Program-made: the position numbers and the translations under genes
Source of the DNA: an uncultured archaeon
GTDB lineage: Archaea; Altiarchaeota; Altiarchaeia; IMC4; SCGC-AAA252-I15
NCBI GenBank assembly: GCA_964587725.1
Contig: CAZPLO010000015.1
Location: forward strand, 1 to 31,536
DNA: 31,536 nucleotides
Direction of reading: 5' to 3'
The notes under the pieces: model-generated
Databases searched by the model: none
The model's input: only the letters and a program-made list of their open reading frames with translations
Told to the model about the DNA's origin: nothing
In this document: positions 8,009 to 17,426 of the stretch, in pieces
Layout: each line of letters begins with the position of its first letter
Numbering within the stretch: position 1 is the first letter of the stretch

Positions 8009-10026
8009 GACTTCTTCTTCCCCGGGCACTTTTGGTTGACGCAGAAACGCCACACACGCTTCTTCCCCTTCGGATACACCGTCATCACCGCGTACCCGCA
8101 GTGTTTGCAGGTGCCTGTTTTATTCACCTTGTCCTTCGGCAGCGGCCAGGTGTGGGTGCAGTTGGGGTAGCCGCTGCAGCCTATGAAGTGGCCGCCGTAG
8201 CGTGATTTGCGCATAACCAGGTCTTCGCCGCAGACGGGGCAGGGGCCGAGGCTGTTCTGCCTCCGCTTCACGGTCTCGATGCTCTTCGCCAGCGCCTCCC
8301 CGATATTCAACTCGTTCTTCTTGAAGTCTGAGAGTATTCCCTCCAGGCTCTCCCGGCCCTCTTCGACGACTTCGTCGGCGGTCAGCTTACCCTCCTGTAT
8401 CTTCTCCATGTCCTCCTCGAACTTCCGGGTGAGTTTGTCGCTCAGCACCTGCGGACAGTACTTGTTCAATGCGTCCACCACGTTCAGCCCCAGCGCGGTG
8501 ACCTCGATTGCCTTCCCCGTGACGTAGCCGCGGCGGAACAGTATGTCCACGATCTGCGACCGCGTGGCCTTCGTTCCGATGTTGCGTTTCTCCATCTCCT
8601 TGATTATGGACGCCGGCGTGTAGCGTTTCGGCGGCTTCGTCTCCTTCTCGTGGACCAACACGTCTTTGACGTCGACTTCATCGCCTTTCTTAAGCACAGG
8701 CAGCAGATTTTCCTCGAACTTCGCGTACGGGCCGTAGTAGACGTGCCACCCGTCCTCGACGGTGGTCTTTCCTTTGGCGGTGAACGGCTCCCCGTTGTTG
8801 TCGAGGTTGACTGTGACAGTCTGCCGGACCGCATCCTCCCCGAAGGACGCGAGAAACCTGCGGACAATCAGGTCGTAGAGTTTCCTGTGCTGCTCGGACA
8901 GCCCCTCAGGCACCTCGCCGGTGGGGTGTATGGCGGGGTGGGCGGGGTCCTTCTTCTTGCCGTTCGCAGGCTTCAGCTTCTTCTTACCCAACAATGTATT
9001 GCAGAGTCCCCCGTATTCCTCCTGTTTTTTCAGGTCCGTGATTATCTTCCGCACGTCTATGTCGGCCGGAATCTGCTGGCTCGACGTCCGCGGGTAGCTG
9101 ATGCACGCGTTCGTGTACAAATCCTGAGCCACCTCCAGTGTGCGGCGGGGGTCCAGGTTCAGGTGCTTGTACGCCTCAGTCTGCAACGTGGTGAGATCGA
9201 ATGGGTACGGCGGCTTCTGCTTGTATTTTTTGGACTCCACCTTCTCCACAGAGGCTTTGGGGCCGCATTTCTCCTTCACCGCGTCCGCCGCACCCTGGTC
9301 CTTGAACTTGTCGGCGTCGTGCAATGCGGTGAAGTCGGTGTCCTTATGGCAGAGCATCTCCACCTGCCAGTACTTCTCCGGCTTGAATGCGCGGATGCTT
9401 CTCTCGCGGGCCGACAGCACCTTCAACGTCGGCCCCTGGACGCGGCCGATGCTGAGTGTGGCGTATTTCTTCGCGCGGCGGGCGGCGTTGCTCAGCGCCC
9501 TGGAAAGGTTTATGCCCCAGTACCAGTCGAGTATGTGGCGGGCGACGCCCGCGTCCGCCAACCCGAAATCTATTGAGCCGACGTTCTCGAACGCCTTCAG
9601 AATCGACTCCCGCGTCAACGTCGAATACTTCACGCGGCCGACAGCGTCGGAGTGGGGGTCTGCCCCGCACCCGTATTTGATGACGTTGTAGCCTATGACC
9701 TCTCCTTCGACGTCGTAGTCGCAGGCGTTGATGAACCTGTCGCAGCCGGACGCCAGGCGTTTGATGTTGTCCAGGTATTTTTTGGTGAAGGCGCTGCTTT
9801 TGCTGACCCTGTATGCTGGAGCCCACTCTATGTCGAACACCGGATACACCCACCCCTTGTAGTTTGTCTCCTGGAGGCCGTAGATGTGGCCGACCGCCGG
9901 CGCGACGACGTTGTCGCCGACCTCGTAGTAGGAGACGCCGCCCTGGGTTTTCTTCACCGCCTTCCCCAGGGAGTTCGCTATGCGTTCTGCGACGTTCGGC
10001 TTCTCGGTCACGACCAGGGTGCGCAT
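8005..10026 (-). CDS. topA: Type IA DNA topoisomerase with C-terminal zinc ribbons
   Basis: TOPRIM VTEKP and ACDYDVEGE, SIGRVQ, catalytic ISYPRT, AHPAIHPT, IGTKATR, CPVC...CSGYPNC. Confidence 0.97.
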   Translation of the reverse strand: MRTLVVTEKPNVAERIANSLGKAVKKTQGGVSYYEVGDNVVAPAVGHIYGLQETNYKGWVYPVFDIEWAPAYRVSKSSAFTKKYLDNIKRLASGCDRFINACDYDVEGEVIGYNVIKYGCGADPHSDAVGRVKYSTLTRESILKAFENVGSIDFGLADAGVARHILDWYWGINLSRALSNAARRAKKYATLSIGRVQGPTLKVLSARERSIRAFKPEKYWQVEMLCHKDTDFTALHDADKFKDQGAADAVKEKCGPKASVEKVESKKYKQKPPYPFDLTTLQTEAYKHLNLDPRRTLEVAQDLYTNACISYPRTSSQQIPADIDVRKIITDLKKQEEYGGLCNTLLGKKKLKPANGKKKDPAHPAIHPTGEVPEGLSEQHRKLYDLIVRRFLASFGEDAVRQTVTVNLDNNGEPFTAKGKTTVEDGWHVYYGPYAKFEENLLPVLKKGDEVDVKDVLVHEKETKPPKRYTPASIIKEMEKRNIGTKATRSQIVDILFRRGYVTGKAIEVTALGLNVVDALNKYCPQVLSDKLTRKFEEDMEKIQEGKLTADEVVEEGRESLEGILSDFKKNELNIGEALAKSIETVKRRQNSLGPCPVCGEDLVMRKSRYGGHFIGCSGYPNCTHTWPLPKDKVNKTGTCKHCGYAVMTVYPKGKKRVWRFCVNQKCPGKKKS

Positions 10027-10051
10027 GGTAGCTTCTTTTTAGGTCAGAGGA

Positions 10052-10062
10052 GGTATAAATAA
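10052..10062 (-). promoter_or_regulatory. Probable TATA box for topA
   Basis: The minus strand reads TTATTTATA about 28 nt upstream of the topA ATG, in a 45-nt divergent gap. Confidence 0.45.
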
Positions 10063-10071
10063 GGAGCAACG

Positions 10072-10566
10072 ATGCGTGTCGAGTTCACACTCGGTCTCAG
10101 AGACGTGCCGGGGATGCTGGTTCGGGCGCTGGAGCCCGTTTCAGACAACGGAGGCAACATAGTCAGCGTACTCCATTCGCGCAGCAGAAAGGAGCTGGTG
10201 GAGGTGGATGTGGTGTTCAAGGTCAAAGACCAGTCCACGTTGAACAGGATTCTGAAGGCGCTGGAGCGGGAGAAGATTCAGGTGTGGGATGTGACGGTGG
10301 AGGGGAGGAAATACTACAGCAAGAAGAATCTGTCGTTCATACTAGTCGGCCACGTCATAGACCAGGACATACAGGATACCATAGACAGAATCAACGCCGT
10401 CGGATTGGTTAGGGACGTGGACGTCCGCATGGTCGACCCCGACCAGGAATCCAGCGTCCTCATGGAAGTGCACGTCGACGAAAACCGGCTGGACAAGATG
10501 ATGGACGTGGTGAACAAAGTGTGTGCGGAGAAAGAGTTCACCCTCATCCGGGAGGTGGCTGGGTGA
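10072..10566 (+). CDS. Two-ACT-domain protein, likely allosteric regulator of homoserine dehydrogenase
   Basis: LRDVPGML...GGNIVSVLHSR ACT motif and ILVGHVIDQDIQDTIDRIN. Its stop overlaps the hom start. Confidence 0.88.
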   Translation: MRVEFTLGLRDVPGMLVRALEPVSDNGGNIVSVLHSRSRKELVEVDVVFKVKDQSTLNRILKALEREKIQVWDVTVEGRKYYSKKNLSFILVGHVIDQDIQDTIDRINAVGLVRDVDVRMVDPDQESSVLMEVHVDENRLDKMMDVVNKVCAEKEFTLIREVAG

Positions 10567-11534
10567 AGGTGAAGGCTATCATAGTCGGGTTCGGCAACAT
10601 AGGCCGCGGACTTGCGGAGACGCTGGAGGAGAAGAGGAAACACCTGAAGAAGAAGGGTTTCGACGTCAGCGTGGTCGCCGTATGCGAAGCCAAGGGCTGC
10701 GTCGTCGACGAAAAAGGCGTTGATTTGAAGAAGCTGCTGGGGAAGCAGCGGTGGGGCAGGCGGAAGACCGCAGACGTCATAAGGAATGTGGATGCGGACG
10801 TGGTGGTGGAGCTGACTCCCGGCGACATCAAGACGGGGGAGCCGGGGCTGACGCACATACGTGAGGCGTTGAATGCGGGGAAACACGTTGTTACGTCGAA
10901 CAAGAGCCCGCTGGTGGTCGCATACAAGGAGCTGACAGAGCTGGCCGCCGACAAAGGGGTTCAGCTGCGGTTCGAAGCCACCGTGTGCGCGGCCATACCG
11001 TTGATTAACACGGTCTCCAGGGAGTCGAGGGCGAACGGTGTCCGCAACATATACGGCATATTCAACGGCACCACAAACTTCATACTGTCTAAGATGCATG
11101 AGGAGGGCGTGGATTTGAAGGTCGCGTTGAAGGAGGCGCAGAGCCTCGGGCTCGCGGAAGCCGACCCAGACTACGACGTGAAGGGCATAGACAGCGCCGC
11201 CAAGGTCGTGATACTCGCGAACTCACTGATGGATTCGGACATAGGATACGGTGACGTGAAGGTGGTGGGCATAGAGGATGTGACGCCGGAGTCTGTTGAA
11301 CTGGCTAAGGAATACGGCTACGCCGTGAAGCTGGTGGGGGACGTCGCAGCCCAGGAGGTCAGCCCCCGCCTTGTCCCGTTGGACCATCCGCTGAACGTCG
11401 GCGGCAACCTGAACGCGGTGTTGGTTGACACGGACGTCGCGGGCGAGATAACATTGGTCGGCGCAGGCGCCGGACCCCGAGAGACATCCAGCGCCATATT
11501 AGGGGACATATTGGCCGTGGCTGAAAGCATTTGA
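10563..11534 (+). CDS. hom: Homoserine dehydrogenase
   Basis: GFGNIG, HVVTSNK, FEATV, GIFNGTTNFIL, AEADPDYDVKGIDSAAK, GAGAG. The GTG at 10563 overlaps the upstream TGA. Confidence 0.96.
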   Translation: MKVKAIIVGFGNIGRGLAETLEEKRKHLKKKGFDVSVVAVCEAKGCVVDEKGVDLKKLLGKQRWGRRKTADVIRNVDADVVVELTPGDIKTGEPGLTHIREALNAGKHVVTSNKSPLVVAYKELTELAADKGVQLRFEATVCAAIPLINTVSRESRANGVRNIYGIFNGTTNFILSKMHEEGVDLKVALKEAQSLGLAEADPDYDVKGIDSAAKVVILANSLMDSDIGYGDVKVVGIEDVTPESVELAKEYGYAVKLVGDVAAQEVSPRLVPLDHPLNVGGNLNAVLVDTDVAGEITLVGAGAGPRETSSAILGDILAVAESI

Positions 11535-11536
11535 CC

Positions 11537-12340
11537 ATGGAGTTCACGCTGCTGCTCGCCGCCGGATTCACGATAGGCGCCTTGAGCGCGGTGGTCGGCT
11601 CCGGAGGCGGTTTCCTGCTGGTGCCCCTGCTCCTGTACGCAACCGACTTAACGCCGCAGTTCATTGCGGGAACGTCTTTGACTGTGGAGCTGTTGTGTAC
11701 GGCGTCGAGCGTCTACGCGTACCACCGCCAGTGCAAGATAGACTATAAAGTGGGTGTATTGTTTATCGCGGCGATGCTGCCCGGAATCTTCGTGGGCGTT
11801 CAACTGAACCAGATGATGGACACGCGGTCGTTCGGGCTGATGCTCGGCGCCATACTGGTTTCGACTTCCGTGTTCCTGCTCAGGGGCTTCCGTTTCAGGA
11901 TACCCCATTTCCTGCCCGGCACCGTCCACATGAATCGGTGCATGGACGACTCATCGGGCAGCCACTACGAGTACAGCCTCAGCGTCCGCCGCAGCGTCTT
12001 GTTGAATGCGGTGGTTGGTGTGGTGTCGCCGATGGTGGGCATCGGCGGCGGGATACTGAGGACTCCGTTGATGATTATGGTTTTGGGAATGCCCGCCAAG
12101 ATTGCGGCCGCCACCAGCATACTCACCACCTTCGCCGGCAGCCTGTTCGCGGTGCTGTTGTTCACAGGGAAATCCCAGATAGCGTATGGGACGGCGGTTC
12201 CGCTGGCACTGGGTTTGGTCTTGGGCACCCAAGCGGGAGCACGGTTCTCAAACGCCGCCCGCCCGGGTGTGGTGCGCAGGATAATGGGTGCTGTGATGTT
12301 CGGCGCAGGCGCAGCCACAATAATCACGGGACTAATATAG
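11537..12340 (+). CDS. Sulfite exporter TauE/SafE family membrane protein
   Basis: Two repeats, GSGGGFLLVPLL...AGTSL and GIGGGILRTPLM...AAATS, with about 8 hydrophobic segments. Confidence 0.9.
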   Translation: MEFTLLLAAGFTIGALSAVVGSGGGFLLVPLLLYATDLTPQFIAGTSLTVELLCTASSVYAYHRQCKIDYKVGVLFIAAMLPGIFVGVQLNQMMDTRSFGLMLGAILVSTSVFLLRGFRFRIPHFLPGTVHMNRCMDDSSGSHYEYSLSVRRSVLLNAVVGVVSPMVGIGGGILRTPLMIMVLGMPAKIAAATSILTTFAGSLFAVLLFTGKSQIAYGTAVPLALGLVLGTQAGARFSNAARPGVVRRIMGAVMFGAGAATIITGLI

Positions 12341-12394
12341 GGGCAGTTGAAATATTTTAAAGTTTTTTATAAATAATATAAACTTTTTTCCATA

Positions 12395-12769
12395 TTATTG
12401 TAGTCCGATTTTCAGCAGCATCAGGCCGAAGAGGGCGGACGCAGCCATCATCAAGCGGAGCCTGCTGGCGTCTATGCTGAGCACCTCGTTGCCGAAGGTC
12501 ACGGACTCGCGGGGAAACAATAGGAGCATGAGGCCGAATGCGAACAACGCGGACGCCACAGGCAGCGCAACCAAATCCAGGGGATAAAGCACGGAGGCGT
12601 AGTGGAGGAGCACCGGCGCAGCCAACAGTATCAGCAACAGACCCTTGGCCAACGCCATCCGAGGGTTGTTCAGCTTCAATGCCACCCGACTCCACCGCTT
12701 AGGCCATACGGCGAACACTGCCGCCGACGCGAACAGCAGACCATAGAGTATCAGCATGGGCTGGAGCAT
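12395..12769 (-). CDS. Small 4-TM membrane protein with two DUF2065/YjeT-like halves
   Basis: Hydrophobic, with a repeated pattern FAVWPKRWSRV...GLLLILL and LLLFPRESVTF...RLRLM...FGLMLL. Confidence 0.65.
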   Translation of the reverse strand: MLQPMLILYGLLFASAAVFAVWPKRWSRVALKLNNPRMALAKGLLLILLAAPVLLHYASVLYPLDLVALPVASALFAFGLMLLLFPRESVTFGNEVLSIDASRLRLMMAASALFGLMLLKIGLQ

Positions 12770-12833
12770 CGGTTAATACTGTGCCGAGAACATTTAATAA
12801 CCCCCTCGCATATAAGAACACCCAGGGGGGAAT

Positions 12834-14123
12834 ATGAAGTCTGTCGTACCGCATTATATCGCTAAAATCGAGGGCCACGGGAGCCTTAGGATAGACTACA
12901 CCAGCGACACCGCGGAGATGCGGATACACGAGGGCGAAAGACTGTTTGAGCCCATGATGGTGGGGAGAGACCATAAGGACGCCACGTTCATCCCGCAGCG
13001 GATATGCGGTGTGTGTCCGACAGCACACTGCCTCGCATCCATCAAGGCCCTGGAGTATGCGATGGACGTCGAACCCTCCGAAACCACCCGTAACCTGCGG
13101 AAGCTGATGATATGCGGGCAGATTATACAGAGCCACGCCCTCCACCTCTACTTCCTGGTGCTGCCGGACTATTTGAACGCGGACAGCGCATTGCAGCTGG
13201 CGGAGGCTGCGCCCGACAGATTCCAGCTCGCGTTGAATCTGAAGAAGATAGGGGACAAGATTGTCGAGGTCGTCGGCGGCCGGCCCGTCCACCCCATCAC
13301 ACCCGAAGTCGGCGGCTTCAGTATGGTGCCTTCTGTGGAACAGGTGGAGAGTCTGCGGGACGACCTTGACTTCGCGTTGAAAGACGGTGTGGAGTCGGTG
13401 CGGCTGTTCGCGTCGCTGGAGTATCCGGAGCTCGAAAACCCCACAGAGTACCTGAGCATACAGGCGGACAGCAAATACGGTTTCTACGGCGGACTCATAA
13501 ACAGCAGCAGCGGAGACGTGTTCGAGATAGAAGATTATAAGGACAATATTGAGGAGACTGTGAAGCCGTATTCGACTGCGAAGTTCGCGATACGAGGCGG
13601 CCGCCAGTACAGTACTGCGAAGCCGGGGAAGAACGTGAAACACAGCGTCATGGTCGGGGCGCTTTCCAGGCTGAACCTCCACAGCATGTACTTGAACCCC
13701 ATGACGGAGGAGGAGGTGGGGAACAGTCCGATACAGTTCCCCAGCTACAACAGCTTCCACAACAACTTCGCGCAGGCCGTGGAGATACTGCACTTCATCG
13801 AGGAGGCGGCGGACAGGATAGATGCGGTGTTGGATGACGGACTGGAAGACCACCGCACAACCTATGAGGTCAATGAGGGCGTCGGCCACGGAGCCGTCGA
13901 AGCCCCCCGCGGCACACTATACTACACCTACGGCGTAGATGACGGGGGGAAAATCACGGAATGCAACATCATCACCCCCACCGTCCAGAACCTCAGCAAC
14001 ATAGAAGGCGACGCCGAAGAACTACTGCACATGACCGAAGGCCGGGGCCGCCAGCACCGCGAACACCTGCTGGACATGCTCGTCCGAGCCTACGACCCCT
14101 GCATCACATGCAGCGTGCACTGA
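12834..14123 (+). CDS. [NiFe]-hydrogenase large (alpha) subunit, group 3b-like
   Basis: KIEGH, L1 motif RICGVCPTAH, HALHLYFL..PD, GGRPVHP, EAPRG, L2 motif DPCITCSVH followed directly by the stop. Confidence 0.93.
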   Translation: MKSVVPHYIAKIEGHGSLRIDYTSDTAEMRIHEGERLFEPMMVGRDHKDATFIPQRICGVCPTAHCLASIKALEYAMDVEPSETTRNLRKLMICGQIIQSHALHLYFLVLPDYLNADSALQLAEAAPDRFQLALNLKKIGDKIVEVVGGRPVHPITPEVGGFSMVPSVEQVESLRDDLDFALKDGVESVRLFASLEYPELENPTEYLSIQADSKYGFYGGLINSSSGDVFEIEDYKDNIEETVKPYSTAKFAIRGGRQYSTAKPGKNVKHSVMVGALSRLNLHSMYLNPMTEEEVGNSPIQFPSYNSFHNNFAQAVEILHFIEEAADRIDAVLDDGLEDHRTTYEVNEGVGHGAVEAPRGTLYYTYGVDDGGKITECNIITPTVQNLSNIEGDAEELLHMTEGRGRQHREHLLDMLVRAYDPCITCSVH

Positions 14124-14124
14124 A

Positions 14125-14478
14125 ATGACCCACTACATTCTCGCGAGCCACAGCATGGGGTTGCGCCGGGGCCTGGAGGAGAAACTCCCCTGTCTGAAGG
14201 AAGTGGGGGGTGGACGGGTCTTCCTTGAGGGCGCCGACTACAAGAACGGATACTACACATACGGGGAAGAGGAGCTCATAAACTTCTTCCTGACGCGCGG
14301 AGCCGGCAGACACCCGCATGAACTCGAACGCAACCCCCTGGAAAACAGAAGCGACTGGCTGGCGGAGGAACTGGGCGGCGGGGGAAAAGCCGTCGTCGAA
14401 CTGGAGCACCCTGAGGAAGCCCCCGACATAATCAGGAAAAACTACCGCAGATTCCAGGTGGTGGACGTTCAAGGATAG
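14125..14478 (+). CDS. Hypothetical protein between the hydrogenase large subunit and hypC
   Basis: ATG 1 nt after the hydrogenase stop, 117 aa, normal composition, no recognised motif. Confidence 0.65.
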   Translation: MTHYILASHSMGLRRGLEEKLPCLKEVGGGRVFLEGADYKNGYYTYGEEELINFFLTRGAGRHPHELERNPLENRSDWLAEELGGGGKAVVELEHPEEAPDIIRKNYRRFQVVDVQG

Positions 14479-14519
14479 TGCGTGCGTTTTTTATTCGACT
14501 CCGTCTTTATTGGTATCTG

Positions 14520-14738
14520 ATGTGTCTTGCGTTTCCGGTGAGGGTTTTGGCGGTCGAAGGCGGCTCTGCCTTGGTTGAGCTGCAGGGTGAGCGCCGCAGC
14601 GTCGACGTGACCATGCTGTCAGGCTTGAAGGCGGGGGATTATGTGCTGGCTCACGGCGACCTCGCCATCCAGCGGCTGGACAAAAAAGACGCTGAGGAGA
14701 CGCTGAAGATACTGAACGAAATCAGCGGATGCCGTTAG
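14520..14738 (+). CDS. hypC: Hydrogenase maturation chaperone HypC/HupF
   Basis: MCLAFP N-terminus with Cys2, GDYVLAH, AEETLKIL. The true start is the ATG at 14520. Confidence 0.93.
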   Translation: MCLAFPVRVLAVEGGSALVELQGERRSVDVTMLSGLKAGDYVLAHGDLAIQRLDKKDAEETLKILNEISGCR

Positions 14739-14739
14739 G

Positions 14740-15831
14740 CTAGCGTTGCTCCAGGAATTTTTTGAACGCACCCCGTATGCTCTGGTCGTGGAACACCAGT
14801 TCCGTGTGGGGGTACGCTATCGTCACCTTCCCACGGTTTTCAGGTAGGTTGAATGACTCCAGTATCTTGGATGAGATGTCCGACCGGACCGCGCGTTTCT
14901 TGTTGGCGCGGCAGATGTACTTCACATCCAACACCACCGACGAGTCCGCGAACTTGGTGTAGATGTGGGGTTCCTCAGACAGCTCAGCCTCCTGCGGCGT
15001 CCCATAGAGGTAGGGGCGCATCCGCTCCACCGCCTTCCTCATCGACTCACCCAAGACATCCAGCGAAGCCTTCCGCACCAGCTCGCGGGCCAACGCCACG
15101 TCGCTTTCATACGTAACAGCCACGGACACGTAATCCCATACGTAGGGGAAGTCGCTGGTGTAGTTGAGTATCGGCTCCGTCAGGATGATGTTGTTGGGTA
15201 TGGTAATCTTCACCCCCGTGGGGTCGTCGCCCTGCATCTCCCTGCCGAACTCCCGCAACACAGTGTAGAACGCCGTTATTTCGGCGACGTCGCCGCGGAT
15301 GTCGCGGACCACGATGCGGTCGCCCACCTTATACGGCCTCTTATACAGTATAACCAGCCACCCCACCACAGACGTAATAGGCTGCTGCAACGCAATCGCC
15401 ACCCCAGCGGAAAACACGCCGATGGATATGCCCAGGGACTGGATGTGGCCCGTGAACTGCGCCAGTATAACGAGTATGGCTATGACCCAGACTCCGTAGT
15501 TCCAAGCCCTCAGAAGGATGCTCCTCGACTGGCCGTCTATGAAAAAAAAGAACCTGTTCAACAGCGGCGTGCTCAGCTTCAAAAAAGCGGTCACCACTAT
15601 GATGATGAATATGCTGGCCATGATACTCGACAGCATCCGGACCTGCGCCTCCGAAAGCGACAGCACCCCCAGCTGCACCCCGATTTGGATGACCGCCAGC
15701 AGAAGCACCGAAATAAGGGAGACCACGATGACCCTGGACTGCAGCTTCCCAATCTTGGCCAGGTAGTCGTGGAACAGCTGTTTCTCACGGTCCAACGGTA
15801 TGCCGAGCTTGATTCCCTCCACAAGCTTCAT
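14740..15831 (-). CDS. mscS: Small-conductance mechanosensitive channel
   Basis: GVAIALQQPI, RPYKVGDRI, GDVAEI, ITIPNN, VTYESD, IAYP. Confidence 0.92.
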   Translation of the reverse strand: MKLVEGIKLGIPLDREKQLFHDYLAKIGKLQSRVIVVSLISVLLLAVIQIGVQLGVLSLSEAQVRMLSSIMASIFIIIVVTAFLKLSTPLLNRFFFFIDGQSRSILLRAWNYGVWVIAILVILAQFTGHIQSLGISIGVFSAGVAIALQQPITSVVGWLVILYKRPYKVGDRIVVRDIRGDVAEITAFYTVLREFGREMQGDDPTGVKITIPNNIILTEPILNYTSDFPYVWDYVSVAVTYESDVALARELVRKASLDVLGESMRKAVERMRPYLYGTPQEAELSEEPHIYTKFADSSVVLDVKYICRANKKRAVRSDISSKILESFNLPENRGKVTIAYPHTELVFHDQSIRGAFKKFLEQR

Positions 15832-15854
15832 ATCCTTAGAATATGCGAGCCGGA

Positions 15855-15867
15855 TTTATTATATAAG
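15855..15867. promoter_or_regulatory. Palindromic TATA element shared by divergent mscS and gcvT
   Basis: TTATATAA at 15859-15866 lies about 28 nt from the mscS ATG and about 32 nt from the gcvT ATG. Confidence 0.5.
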
Positions 15868-15897
15868 GCAGTTAATACTATACACCGGAGGCGACAG

Positions 15898-17034
15898 ATG
15901 ACTGTTAAGAAAACACCCCTCCACGAAATCCACGTTCAGGCAGGCGCGAGGATGGTGGACTTCCACGGGTGGGAGATGCCCGTCCAATACGCAGGAGTGG
16001 TCGGGGAACACAGGCAGGTCCGGGAACACGCCGGACTGTTCGATGTCTCACACATGGGGGAGATACTTGTTTTCGGCTCCAAGGCGACGGAATACGTCAA
16101 CCACCTCGTCACAAACGACGTCGCCTCGGCAGAGGAGGGACAGTGCGTGTACACGCCCATGTGCAACGAAGACGGAGGCGTAATCGACGACCTCCTCGTG
16201 TACAAATACAACAGCGGACACTACATGCTGGTGGTGAACGCCGGCAACGCGGAAAAGGATTTGGAGTGGATTAAGAGTAGGGTGAAGGACGTCGCGGATG
16301 ACGTGGGAAAGAGGGCGTGCGAGCCGGACGACGAAAACCACGAGGCGGAGTTGTGCGTGAGGGACGTCGGCGAGAACACCGCCTTGATTGCGCTCCAGGG
16401 CCCGGAGTCGGAGGCGATGCTGCAGAAGCTCACAGACTACGACCTCTCAGGACTTAATGGGTTCCGTTTCAAGGAGGACATTACGCTGGCGGGCGATGTC
16501 AAAGCGTTGGTGTCGAGAACCGGGTATACGGGGGAGGAAGGGTTCGAAATCTACGTCAACGACGAAGACGCCGTGGACGCGTGGAAGGCTGTCGCGGAGG
16601 CGGGCGCGAAGCCGGCGGGATTGGGTGCGAGGGACACGCTCCGGCTGGAGGCGGGATTGATGCTCTACGGCAACGACCTCACCGAATACACAACACCCAT
16701 GGAGGCAGCCATATCCTGGACGGTGAAGCTCGGCAAGAAGGAGTTCATAGGCAAGGACGAGCTGCTGCGGCAGCATGCCGACGGCGTCGGAAAAAAGATG
16801 GCGGGGTTCGAGCTACTGGAAAAGGGGGTGCCCAGGAAAGACTACAGGATAGAGTTGGACGGCGACGAAGTGGGGTATGTGACGTCCGGCACCATGTCGC
16901 CGACGCTTGGGAAAGGCATTGGGCTGGGGTACGTGAAGCCCGAGTACGCTGAAGCAGGGATAATATTCGACGTAGTGATAAGGGACACGGCATATAAAGC
17001 CAGAGTCGTTGAAATACCATTCTACAGAAGGTGA
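15898..17034 (+). CDS. gcvT: Glycine cleavage system T protein (aminomethyltransferase)
   Basis: KTPLH, GWEMPVQY, GLFDVSHMG, SRTGYTGEEGFE, GLGARDTLRLEAG. GGAGG SD precedes the ATG at 15898. Confidence 0.97.
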   Translation: MTVKKTPLHEIHVQAGARMVDFHGWEMPVQYAGVVGEHRQVREHAGLFDVSHMGEILVFGSKATEYVNHLVTNDVASAEEGQCVYTPMCNEDGGVIDDLLVYKYNSGHYMLVVNAGNAEKDLEWIKSRVKDVADDVGKRACEPDDENHEAELCVRDVGENTALIALQGPESEAMLQKLTDYDLSGLNGFRFKEDITLAGDVKALVSRTGYTGEEGFEIYVNDEDAVDAWKAVAEAGAKPAGLGARDTLRLEAGLMLYGNDLTEYTTPMEAAISWTVKLGKKEFIGKDELLRQHADGVGKKMAGFELLEKGVPRKDYRIELDGDEVGYVTSGTMSPTLGKGIGLGYVKPEYAEAGIIFDVVIRDTAYKARVVEIPFYRR

Positions 17035-17039
17035 AGACA

Positions 17040-17426
17040 ATGAAGTATCCGGATGAACTCAGGTACACGAAGGAACACGAGTGGGTGAAGGTCGACGGTG
17101 ACACAGCCACCGTCGGCGTAACAGACTACGCGCAGGACGCCCTTGGGGATGTCGTGTTCGTGGAGCTGCCGAACCCCGGAGACAATGCGGAGAAGGGCAA
17201 GGGCGTGGCGGTGGTGGAGTCCGTGAAGTCGGTGTCGGACGTCTACGCCCCCTTGGACGGGGAGGTGGGTGAAGTCAACGAGAAACTCGCCGACAGCCCG
17301 GAGCTGGTGAACAAGAGCCCGTACGGGGACGGGTGGATGTTCAAGCTGAAGGTGAAGAACCCCTCCGACGCGGAAGACCTAATGTCCGCGGACGAATACC
17401 AATCGTATGTGGCGGAGAAGCAATGA
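17040..17426 (+). CDS. gcvH: Glycine cleavage system H protein
   Basis: YTKEHEW, GVTDYAQDALGD, lipoyl-Lys motif VESVKSVSDVYAP, PYGDGW. AGGTGA SD precedes the ATG at 17040. Confidence 0.97.
   Translation: MKYPDELRYTKEHEWVKVDGDTATVGVTDYAQDALGDVVFVELPNPGDNAEKGKGVAVVESVKSVSDVYAPLDGEVGEVNEKLADSPELVNKSPYGDGWMFKLKVKNPSDAEDLMSADEYQSYVAEKQ

Noticed and set aside
12699-13889. 396-aa minus-strand ORF, and similar long antisense ORFs at 8650-9576, 18877-19782 and 27896-28837
   Set aside because: Each lies opposite a well-supported gene and has no recognisable motif or natural composition.
14965-15897. Apparent 311-aa N-terminal extension or fusion on GcvT (689-aa ORF)
   Set aside because: It is the antisense of mscS. 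GcvT homology, the SD and the TATA element all point to the ATG at 15898.
17333-17422. Longer starts given by the ORF track for gcvPA (and likewise hom, hypC, lipA and lplB)
   Set aside because: Homology begins at downstream starts, most of which overlap the preceding stop codon or follow an SD or AT-rich spacer.
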